This document shows, one piece after another, positions 1-15,725 of a stretch of 64,000 bases of DNA; within the stretch, counting starts at the first letter, position 1, and each line of letters opens with the position of its first letter. The stretch is from Eledone cirrhosa (lineage: Eukaryota): positions 1 to 64,000 of the forward strand of contig CAXHJY010000083.1 of the NCBI GenBank assembly GCA_964016885.1, in the 5' to 3' direction. The position numbers were made by a program, and so were the translations under genes. Below the pieces are notes generated by a model that was not told where the DNA came from, did not search any database, and was given only the letters and a program-made list of their open reading frames with translations.

Positions 1-383
1 ACACACAACAAACACACACACACACGCTACTCTACTCACTTACACGCACACACACACATATATATATATATATATTACCGTCATTACTGATACAAGATTA
101 CCAGATTATGTCCAACTGTTGACTTTCAAGAGTTTGTATAGTTGAAGCCGATCGTATTACAGTCCAGTATTACTATAATTGCTTTACAGCATAGAGTTTA
201 TGGCTCTCCACGGAGTCAACAAAAGAGAGTAACCAGTGATGCGCTGGCCAGTCGCTGGATCCGTGCCAAAAGCAGAAAAATTATTATTAAACGTTGTTTC
301 TTAAGGCCAGGTCGCTGGTGATGGTGATGGCGACGGCGGTGGGCGGTGGGTGGTGGTGGTTGGCAGTTGATGTTGTTGTTCTG

Positions 384-418
<35 letters not shown>

Positions 419-1058
419 GTTTATTTTGAGTTTTTTTTTTTTTTTCCTTTCTTTTTTTTTCTCCTTTTTTTTTTTTTTTTTCCCCTTCCCTTTTCTTTTT
501 TCTTTTCCCTTTCCTTTTTTTATGTTTTGATGCCGCTGTTGTTGTTGTTGTTGTAATTGTTGTAAATGTTCATTTCAGTTCATTTCTGAAGCTGTTGTTG
601 CTGTAAACATTAGGGCCGGTGTTGTTGTTGTTGTAGATGTTGGGGTTGAAATCTGGTTGTTTGACTGAGTGATGTATATTACAACACATATACATACACA
701 CACATATATATATATACATTCATCAGAGAGTAGAGAGTTTGACAACAGGTCGATGACTTTAGTCCTCGATAGGGTATGGGTATGGTAATGACATGTGATG
801 GGTGGGGAGAGAGTGTAGACGTTATTGTGGTGGTGTGGGACAGTGAGATGTATCTAGTTCATTTGACCGTTTTTCTTCTCTTAGCAAAATTTGAATTCTA
901 GCCATGTTATATTGAGATGTAAGTAAATGTAAAAATATAAATAAGGATTGCTCTGCTAAAATATACTAAAAATATTTGTGTAACTTCCACAAAACTTCTG
1001 TCGTGACATTCCCGAGACCAGTAAACCAACCAATATATATATATACATACATACATAC

Positions 1059-1153
<95 letters not shown>

Positions 1154-1304
1154 CATATATGTAGATAAATCTACCAAGAGTTTACGGTAGTGGTCCAATC
1201 CGTATGAAGAAACTCAAATGTATTCCGGATATCATGGAAAGAAGAGATGTAATGAAAAATCACTTTCGGTGAAAGATAAAACGGAATACAGAGTCAAGTT
1301 AAAA

Positions 1305-1698
1305 TATTTAAACAAAATAATGAATAAAAACAATGAAACAGTTTCCTTATATTAAACAAAAAAAAGTTCATTATTTAACGATCGTTTTCTAGGAATATAT
1401 ATGTGTTAGAATTTGGCATGGCATATTCAACAGATCTATGTACAAAAATTATACAAAATTATACAAAACTATCAAGATTAAATATACATACCAAAACACA
1501 CATATATGCCGTCTTCAGAAATAATGAAATATATTTATTGATAATAACAAACAATTCAAAATTTCAGGTCCGTTTGGGAACGGAGTTCAAAATTGGACCA
1601 ATGAAAAATACAAAAAGTTTTTATGCAGTTTGGTGTGTGTATATACATGTAACTAACCCCGTACAGATATTTATACAAAGATATATGCTCAACATGCA
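1305..1698 (-). repeat. Left arm of ~390 bp inverted repeat (PLE pseudo-LTR/retrozyme-like terminus)
   Basis: Reverse complement of 2680-3060; differences are mostly small indels; contains an HHR-like motif. Confidence 0.85.
1369..1526 (-). ncRNA. Type I hammerhead-like motif with long (~125 nt) stem II
   Basis: Minus strand: CATTATTT-CTGAAGA-cggcatatatgtgt...acacatatatattccta-GAAA-ACGATCGTT-AAATAATG; stem I complementarity and palindromic stem III; register ambiguous by 1 nt. Confidence 0.6.
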
Positions 1699-2679
1699 TC
1701 GGCAGAGGGCTCAATAATTCAGATGAATCAGAGGCTATAACTATCGTTTAAAATACCGTCACATATAGATCAAGTCTACAATCAACCATACGATATAAAA
1801 TCGATAAAGGAAGATTCGGGGACAAAACAGATAAAAAAATATCAATAAAACAATACGTCAATAATTTAAATGAATGTAAAAATCATACCCGGACCCACTA
1901 GGACAGGTGTTAAATCTAGCTTCATGGGTTTCTGTAAATCCTTAGACTGTACTCTATCAGCTCACATATAAATATAAAAAGCCTACTAGAGCAAGCGGAA
2001 CGGAGTTTTACTTTCTCAACGAGCTTTTTTTCCTGGCGGTAGAGGAGCCAACTACCAGTGAAAAACGCACATGGCATTAGACAGGGGAGATAACCCCTAT
2101 ATCCGCGAAAAACAATTCGAGTGAATGCGGAAATACACATATCGAATTAGAGTGCTCAATAGACATGTTTAAAATAAAAACAAAAGCTATTCATCACTAT
2201 ATATATATATATATATATATTTTTCTTGATATATTTCTTTTTTCTTTTTCTTTTCTTTTCTTTTTATTTCTAAGTTTATAGATACATCTATAAATGAGCA
2301 GTCTGCCCCAATCCGTTTGAATACTGACCTCTCCCCCCCCCCCCCTCCCACCTAATTTTCTGTATCTTGATCTAAAAAATGTGTGTGGCAGTGTTTTATG
2401 TGAGTGAATTAATATCCATGTGCTTATGATAATATTATATCCACATATATATGTGTGTGGGGGTGTGTGTGTGTATGTATGTTCGTAATTATGTGTATGT
2501 TTATGCATATACGCGCGCGTGTGTGTGGAGTGTTACGGATATGTGTGAGTATGAGAATATGTGTATACACTTATTTTCATATTTATGTGTCTATACGCAT
2601 TTTTATCTGTGGATTATAAAACTTACAGAGGACATTAGCCTTGAATTTTTGTATTTGCATACATCTTTTTGGCATGCGT

Positions 2680-3060
2680 ATGCATGTTGAGCATATATCT
2701 TTGTATAAATATCTGTACGGGGTTAGTTACATGTATATACACACACCAAAACTGCATAAAAACTTTTTGTATTTTCATTGGTCAATTTTGAACTCCGTTC
2801 CCAAACGGACCTGAAAATTTTTGAATTGTTGTTATTATCAATAAATATATTTCATTATTTCTGAAGACGGGCATATATGTGTGTTTGGTATGTATATTTA
2901 ATCTTGATATTTTGTATAATTTTTGTACATAGATCTGTTGAATATGCATGCCCAATTCTAAACACATATATATCCTAGAAAACGATCGTTAAATAATGAA
3001 CTTTTTTTTGTTTAATATAAGGAACTGTTTCCATTGTTTTTATTCATTATTTGTTTAATA
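2680..3060 (+). repeat. Right arm of inverted repeat; includes HHR-like copy at 2853-2998
   Basis: Inverted copy of 1305-1698; CTGAAGA at 2861 and GAAAACGATCGTTAAATAATG ending at 2998. Confidence 0.85.
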
Positions 3061-3061
3061 T

Positions 3062-6114
<3,053 letters not shown>

Positions 6115-6197
6115 CATATTGTTGGTTTCACACACAAAACAAAATGGCGTAGGATAGAAGAAAAAGAAAAGGCACAGAAACGAAGAAAGAAATCCCC

Positions 6198-6243
6198 AGT
6201 CACTGAAGAGGTCACAGAGTGTGTGACGAAAGAACTATGGACT
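6198..6243 (+). ncRNA. Degenerate minimal hammerhead-like motif
   Basis: AGTCA-CTGAAGA-g-GTCACA-gagtg-TGTGAC-GAAA-gaac-TA-TGGACT; both core boxes and stem II present; stems I and III imperfect. Confidence 0.45.
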
Positions 6244-7041
6244 ATATATATATAAAACAACTATCTGGTTGTGGAACCAACCAACCAACCAGAAATTTAT
6301 AAATTTGTAAATTTATAAATATATAATAAATTAAATTGAAGTGAAAAGCAACTGGTGCGTGTGTTTCTTATTGGCAAACATGGACCCTCCCAAAGTATAA
6401 CAATATATATATATATACATACATATATATATGTATATATATACATACATATGTGTATATATATATAATATATACATACATATTGTATATATATATACAT
6501 ACATATGTATATATATATATACATATATACATACATATGTATATATATATACATACATATGTATATATATATACATATATATACATACAAATATATATAT
6601 ATTATATATATATATATACATACATATGTATGTATATATATATACATATATATATACATAAATATATATATATATATACATATATATATACATAAATATA
6701 TATATATATATACATACATATTTTATATATATATATATACATAATATATACATAGAAATATATATATATATACATATATATACATACAAATATATATATA
6801 TATATACATATATATACATATTGTTATACTTGGGGAGGGTCCATATTTGCGTAATATTGCCAGAATTAATAACAGAACACACTCACTGTTTTGGTTGGTT
6901 TTTCGCTTCTCGCTGTCCTTTTATTATATCTGCGATCTAACTTACTTGATCTAACAGACATATGGTATATATATACATATATATACATACAAATATATAT
7001 ATATTATATATACATACATATGTAAATATATATATACATAT

Positions 7042-10000
7042 ATCATCATCCATCATCATCATCGTTTAACGTCCGTGTTCCATGCTTGCATGGGGTTTGG
7101 ACGGAGGGTTTTCCCCACTTGAGGCAAGAGTGGTTATCTTGCTCGCATAGGGGACTATCTGGCGGGTTTTCTACAGCTGGATGCCCTTCCTAACACCAAC
7201 CACATTTACAGTGTGGGGCTGGGAGGTTTTTTACCGTGTTGCCTACATGGCCACATTACAGCGTGAACTGTGTGTTTTTTTTGACGTGGACACCTACACG
7301 ATCTCATTTGTTTTCGGCCTGGATGTTGTGGCACCAACATAACTTTACATTGAAAGGGGCGGTGTGGATTGGGGTGGGGGGTGGTGGGGACGGGGGGGTA
7401 TTTTGTTAGAGATGCCTACTGACTGTAGTAGGTTTTACTTTGTATTTAGGTAAGGCGGGTCTTCTCTATTACTGAGTACCGCCAAAGGTCTCGGTCCAGT
7501 GACATTGTCTTGGTGAGGTGTAAGTGTGTGAGGTCGGAATTTATCAGCTCATCCCAGGTTTTTCTGGTTCTGCCTATTCCGTGGCTACCGTCTATCTTTA
7601 TTGCCCTGCACTTTGTTATACAGCTATTGTCCTTCATGCGCATCACGTGACCATACCAACGTAGCCTTCTCTCGAGTAAACAACATCTGATCCCTCTTAT
7701 TTCTAATTTTTTCCTTAGTTCGTTTATGCTTTGCCGTTCACGTATATTACTATTACAAATCCAGCGGAGCATGCAAGCTTCGTTTCTCTCTAGTCTGCGT
7801 ATATCCTCTGCACACAATGCCCAGGTCTCACTGCCGTGCAACATTGCTGTTCGTATGCAGGCATCCTGCCTTTCATTTTTAGGGAGAACCCTTTAGCGGC
7901 TAATAGTGGTATGAGCTCTCTGAACTTTTTCCACCCAGTTCTGACTCTAGCTACTGTACTTTCAGAGCACCCTCCCCCACTGCTGATTTTGTCACCCAGG
8001 TAATGGAAGCTGTCCACTATTTCTATAGAACCCTCTGCGCAGTTGAAAGAGCTAGTATTTTTTGGCCACTTGCTGCTACTTATTGCACCAGAACACCGGC
8101 CACATGTAAAATCTATGTTCTTAGTTAGCTTACCTGTGATCCCACTACATCTTTTATGCACCCAAACTTTGCATTTGGGACACAAAATGGAGTTTCTACC
8201 CACGCCTTTGCTACACACTGAGCATGGCCATTTCCCGGAAGGGACCGCCGCCTTATTTTCTTTCCTACAAACTAGAACTTTAGTCTTAGCCAGGTTAATT
8301 TTAACGCCTTTTGATTCTAGGCCGTGCTTCCATGTTTGGAATTTCTTCTCTAGGTCACCCATTGATTCAGCTATGAGCGTTAGATCATCTGCGTATAGGA
8401 GTTCCCATGGGCAGCCGGTCTTGAACTCCTCTGTTATAGTCTGAAGGGCAATAATAAATAGTAGGGGGCTAAGAACAGAGCCCTGATGAACACCAACTTT
8501 TACGCTAAACTCTTCACTATATTCGTTGTTAATTCTAACCTTGCTGACTGTTTCTTTATACATGGCTTGTATAGCTCTCACAAGCCATTCGTCAACACCT
8601 AGTTTTCTAAGAGCCCACCAGATAATGGAACGGGGGACTCTGTCGAAGGCTTTCTCCAAGTCAACAAAAGCTAAGTATAGGGGTTTACTTTTAGCTCGGT
8701 ACTTCTCCTGTAGTTGTCGTACAATGAAAAGAGCGTCTGTGGTACTTTTGCCTGACACAAACCCGAACTGCATTTCATCTAGATCAATTCTCTCTCTGAT
8801 TAGTTGCGCTATTACTTTTTCCGTGACCTTCATGACCTGGTCGATTAATTTAATGCCTCAATAGTTACTCCTATCTAGGGCATCTCCTTTACCCTTGTAA
8901 CAGTTAATGATGATGCTGCTACACCAGTCCTTCGGAACAACCCCATTCTGTACGACTTGGTTTACTATCCGGGTGACCATGGTGTGTCCCACCGTTCCAG
9001 ATGCCTTCAGCATCTCAGCAACTATTTCCGAAGGCCCAGCCGCCTTACCCGTCTTCATATCTTTGATTGCCTTACTTATTATACTACGCTCGACTAACAC
9101 TGCTGGTCCCTCTATTGGGTCGATGTGGGGGAGACTGTCTTCCTCCCATTTGTTATCCTCATTTAGAAGCCTTTCGTAGTGACACTTCCAAGCTACCTTC
9201 TTATCAAGTACGCCATCATCATTAAGTACACACTTCTCCCCGACAATATCAGGTTTTTCCTTGACACATTGCCTAGCAATCCTGAACACCTCACGTTTTT
9301 GGTCCTCGCGTTGTAGAACATGCTTGAACTTTCTTTCCTCTGCTTCCCTTCTTGCGAAGTACACTTGTCTCCTAGCTTCCCTCCTGGCCACTTGATAGTC
9401 TTCTCTACTTCCCCCATCCCGCCATACTTTCCAAGCCTGCTTTTTGGCCTTAATTGACCCCTCCACCTTACTGTTCCACCACCATGTTACTCTCCTCCTG
9501 CCTACAGGCCTGCTCCAGCCACAGACTTCGTCTGCCGCCATCAGCAGGTTTGCTTTCAGGAATTCCCACTGTTCCTCTATATTGTACGACTCTAATTGCT
9601 CTTCCTTACTGTCGAAAGCATCAAGTAGTATGCTTTTAAATTTATTTCTGGCTGTGGGGTCCTTTAGCTTCAAAATTTTTCACCTGAGGATAGTCCTCTT
9701 CTGCTGTCTAGTACGTCTCATCCTGACTATTAGGTCGCTAATTATCAGTCTATGTTGGAAGGTGCATTCTTCATGGGGGAGGGATTTAGTGTTCACAACA
9801 GACACTCTGTCACGTTTTCTGATAAGGATATAATCTACCTGGCTTGTGTGTTCCCCCGATCTATAGGTGATCAGGTGATTGTCTCGTTTTTTGAAGTTAG
9901 TGTTACAGATGGTTAGGTTATTTGCGTCACAGAATTCCAGGATTCTGGAGCCTTCCTCATTTCTAGTACCAAACCCATAGCCTCCATGGATTCCGTCGTA

Positions 10001-10953
10001 GCCGTCACAATGTTGTCCAACGTGACCATTTAGGTCGCCTGCAATAATTATATAGTCACTGTCGGTTATTGGGAGGTAGTGAGCATCAGCGTCTCATAGA
10101 ATCTGTCTTTTATAGTGCCGGGCAGTCCGGATTGGGGTGCGTACGCAGATATTACTGTCACCGTAGTTCTATTGAGGACAAGTCTTATTTTAATTATTCT
10201 GTCGTTCACTCTATTTACGTCAATTATCTTATCTGCCCACTTTTCTGCTACCATGATTCCTACCCCACCCAGCCCATTGTCATTTCCCACCCAGAAAAGC
10301 TTATAGCATCGTTTTTTACCCACAATCAATCTAGCAGACCCTCCCCTCCACCTAGTCTCTTGAATACAACAAACATCGACCTCCTTACGTTCAAGCATTT
10401 CTACAACCTCGTTAGAGCGACCCTTTAAGGTGCCTACATTCATGGTACCAACTCTGAAGTTTTGGATTGCGTTTGGAGGGTGGGGGCAGTGAGGCGCGGG
10501 GGGAGATGGGGTTATGTTAGCCATCCGCGGGCGAAACAAAGAGGAGGAGTGCTCGCATTGTCGTCCACGAGGTGAATTTGTCTTTATCTTTGGCATTGTC
10601 GCTGAGGGTCCAGATTTCTCTCTCTTCAACTCTCCAGAATTCCGTAGTCCATCCATAATATCGAAAGGCAACCAGGTAAGCGATAGTATAGGCCTCTGAC
10701 TTATGATTGATCCATGTAATAATAATGGTGGTGCGTGGGGGCGGGAGGGATGTTGAGTTGTTAGCGAGAAGGTAAGGTTTAAATAAGATCCTCGTATTTT
10801 GGGCATAATTTAACAAGCATTAACAAAAATACAAGATTTGTTTTGGAAAAGACGACAGAGTAACGAGTAGAGAGAGGCAAAGATTGGATTCGGGGAAAAG
10901 AAAATGATAGAGAATTGTCGGATGGGTGGACTAAGGAATTGAAATGGAGTGGA
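7042..10953 (-). mobile_element. Near full-length RTE-clade LINE (APE + RT with PHD-like finger), disrupted
   Basis: APE motif GTMNVGTL..CIQETRW (10066-10806); [20 protein letters not shown] (7790-8833); (GAT)n tail; frameshifts plus 15-bp and 7-bp deletions relative to the 28400 copy. Confidence 0.93.
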
Positions 10954-12254
<1,301 letters not shown>

Positions 12255-12342
12255 GGAAAGTTATATTTAAATTGTTGGGTTACAACTAGTAAATATTTAT
12301 AACTGATATAAAAGCACTCGACAAGTATTTGGAGTATATTTA

Positions 12343-12499
12343 CAATATTAAATAAATGGAAACTATATTTAAAAAACCATATTTATTTCATTATATATAT
12401 TTCAGGGATATCATATTAACATAGCATATTGTTAATATGATATCCCTGAAATATATATAATGAAATAAATATGGTTTTATAAATATAGTTTCCATTTAT

Positions 12500-12508
<9 letters not shown>
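12343..12508. repeat. Near-perfect palindrome (~77 bp arms) of a PLE-like terminus
   Basis: ...ATTTCAGGGATATCATATTAAC-atagcatatt-GTTAATATGATATCCCTGAAAT...; arms resemble 52017-52075. Confidence 0.88.
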
Positions 12509-12572
<64 letters not shown>

Positions 12573-12573
12573 T

Positions 12574-12604
<31 letters not shown>

Positions 12605-13046
12605 CATACATACATATATATATATATACATACATACATATATATACATATACATACATACATATATATACATACATACATATATATATATATACATACA
12701 TACATATATATATATATACATACATATATATATATATACATACATACATATATATATATATACATACATACATATATATATATATACATACATACATATA
12801 TATATATATACATACATACATATATATATATATACATACATACATATATATATATATACATACATACATATATATATATACATACATACATACATATATA
12901 TATATATACATACATACATATATATATATATACATACATACATATATATATATATACATACATACATATATATATATATACATACATACATATATATATA
13001 TATACATACATATATATATATATACATACATACATATATATATATA

Positions 13047-14184
13047 TGTGTCCCAAATGCAAAGTTTGGGTGCATAAAAGATGTAGTGGGATCACAGGTA
13101 AGCTAACTAAGAACATAGATTTTACATGTGGCCGGTGTTCTGGGGAAATAAGTAGCAGCAAGTGCCCACAAAATACTAGCTCTTTCAACTGCGCAGAGGG
13201 CTCTGTAGAAATAGTGGACAGCTTCCGTTACCTGGGTGACAAAATCAGCAGTGGGGGAGGGTGCTCTGAAAGTACAGTAGCTAGAGTCAGAACTGGGTGG
13301 AAAAAGTTCAGAGAGCTTATACCACTATTAGCCGCTAAAGGGTTCTCCCTAAAAATGAAAGGCAGGCTGTACGATGCCTGCATACGAACAGCAATGTTGC
13401 ATGGCAGTGAGACCTGGGCATTGTGTGCAGAGGATATACGCAGACTAGAGAGAAACGAAGCTTGCATGCTCCGCTGGATGTGTAATAGTAATATACGTGA
13501 ACGACAAAGCATAAACGAACTAAGGAAAAATTAGAAATAAGAGGGATCAGATGTTGTTTACTAGAGAGACGGCTACGTTGGTATGGTCACGTGATGCGCA
13601 TGAAGGACGATAGCTGTATAACAAAGTGCAGGGCAATAAAGATAGACGGTAGCCACGGAATAGGCAGACCCAGAAAAACCTGGGACGAGCTGATAAACTC
13701 CGACCTCACACACTTACACCTCACCAAGACAATGTCACTGGACCGAGACCTTTGGCGGTACTCAGTAATAGAGAAGACCCGCCTTACCTAAATACAAAGT
13801 AAAACCTACTACAGTCAGTAGGCATCTCTAACAAAATACACCCCCGTCCCACCACCCCCACCCCATCCACACCGCCCCTTTCAATGTAAAGTTATGTTGG
13901 TGCCACAACATCCAGGCCGAAACAAATGAGATCGTGTAGGTGTCACGACAAAAAAACACACAGTCCACGCTGTAATGTGGCCGTGTAGGCAACACGGTAA
14001 AAATCTCCCAGACCCACACTGTAAATGTGGTTGGTGTTAGGAAGGGCATCCAACTGTAGAAAACCTGCCAGACAGTCCTATGCGAGCAAGACAATCACTC
14101 TTGCCTCAAGTGGGAATACCCCCGTCCAAACCCATGCAAGCGTGGAACACGGACGTTAAACGTTGATGATGATGATGATGATGA
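13047..14184 (+). mobile_element. 5'-truncated copy of the PHD-RTE LINE
   Basis: ORFs 13046-13534 and 13591-13791 nearly identical to the C-terminus of the other copies; same 3' UTR and (GAT)n tail. Confidence 0.93.
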
Positions 14185-14564
14185 CAAAACCACAAAACAA
14201 AACCAAACAAACAAAAATTGACCGGTTAATACATTTACATACATCTATATTATTATATATTTGAAAATTGACCGGTTAATACATTTACATACATCTATAT
14301 TATTATATATTTGAAACCACGTGTTTTCGAACTTGTGAGTACATTTTCCTTTAACTACAAATTATTATTATATACTTTCGTCTTTTCATTAACTTAATTT
14401 CAAATAACCAGAATATACATATATATATATATACTCATATTTATATATATACTCTTCTCACTCACACACAAGAAAAACAAAAAACAAAAATAAATCAAAA
14501 ATAAATTAAAAAAAATATATATATATTGAAATACTTAACTAAAACACACACACTCAAAACTAGA

Positions 14565-14901
14565 ATGGCTAACCAGCAAAAATCCAAACAGAACTGGTCT
14601 GATAATGAAATCGATGTTCTAATAAACACATGGCATTGCCTTACCCAAACAGAAGACATAGATGCTTCATCTCTGAACGACATTGCTAAACGTACAGTTC
14701 AATTTTTGAAAACTCGATCTGAACAACAGATTCAAAATAAATTAAAGCAAATCGAAATTGCTTTTAATTTAATCAATAAACATTTGGATAAACTACGGTG
14801 TGTTTTTTCTTCGAATGCTGTCCAGCAGCAGCAACAACAACAACAGCAGCTACAACGGCAACATCAACAACAGCTACAACAACAACATCAACATCAACAT
14901 C

Positions 14902-14932
<31 letters not shown>

Positions 14933-15725
14933 GTGTGAACCACTCCTTGATTCATCAACAATGGCCGATCTACTAAATGAAACTATTGACCCCCCAGTAG
15001 CCTCTGTCTCACAGCATGAAACGCCACATCCTTTCTCTGGCCCAGCAGTCCAATCATCACCACTGCCAACATCTCTGCCTACTACTACTACTACTACTAC
15101 AACATTTTTGTCTACTGCTATGTCAAGGAATTTACCTTCTAATACCAGTACAAGAACTCTCCCTCCCACAGTCCACAAAGGTCGTCAAATCCTACCCAAA
15201 CCATCATCTACACCTCTCACAACAAACACACCCACATACCCACCCACTCGAAACCCCATCATTTGCCGCTACTCTCTACGCTATAGAATATGTACGGATA
15301 GTGGCTGCAAATTCACCCATTTACCTAGGACAAAACGATCTATCCCCACAAACAGCCACCACCATAATACATACTCTAATTTAACACCAACACAACCACC
15401 AATAACTCAAACAAGGAATCCACAAATCTGCCGCTTTTCCCTGCGAGACAGATTGTGTTTAGACCGGGATTGTCCCTTTACCCATCTCTCGGGGACCCGT
15501 CGGACAAATGAAAATAAAATTAAAAATAAAAGCAAAAACAAAAACCATAACCTACATAAAAATAACCACTACCACAGTCACCAACAGTCTTCTAAACAGG
15601 AAACTTCTTCCTCTTTTTTAGCCATAATGAATCTGGCAAAAGTACTGGAAAAAAACATTCGAGCTATCACCCAGCACCACCCTCCACTATCACCCCACTG
15701 CACAAACTCCCATTGCTGCCATTAA
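14565..15725 (+). CDS. LINE ORF1: Myb/SANT-like N-terminus, polyQ/T tracts, two CCCH zinc fingers
   Basis: ATG at 14565; WSDNEIDVLINTW..RSEQQIQNKLK; CRYSLRYRICTDSGCKFTH and CRFSLRDRLCLDRDCPFTH. Confidence 0.8.

Noticed and set aside
294-1030. Possible gene or ORF1 remnant at the window start
   Set aside because: Low-complexity GT/T tracts with early stops; nothing recognisable
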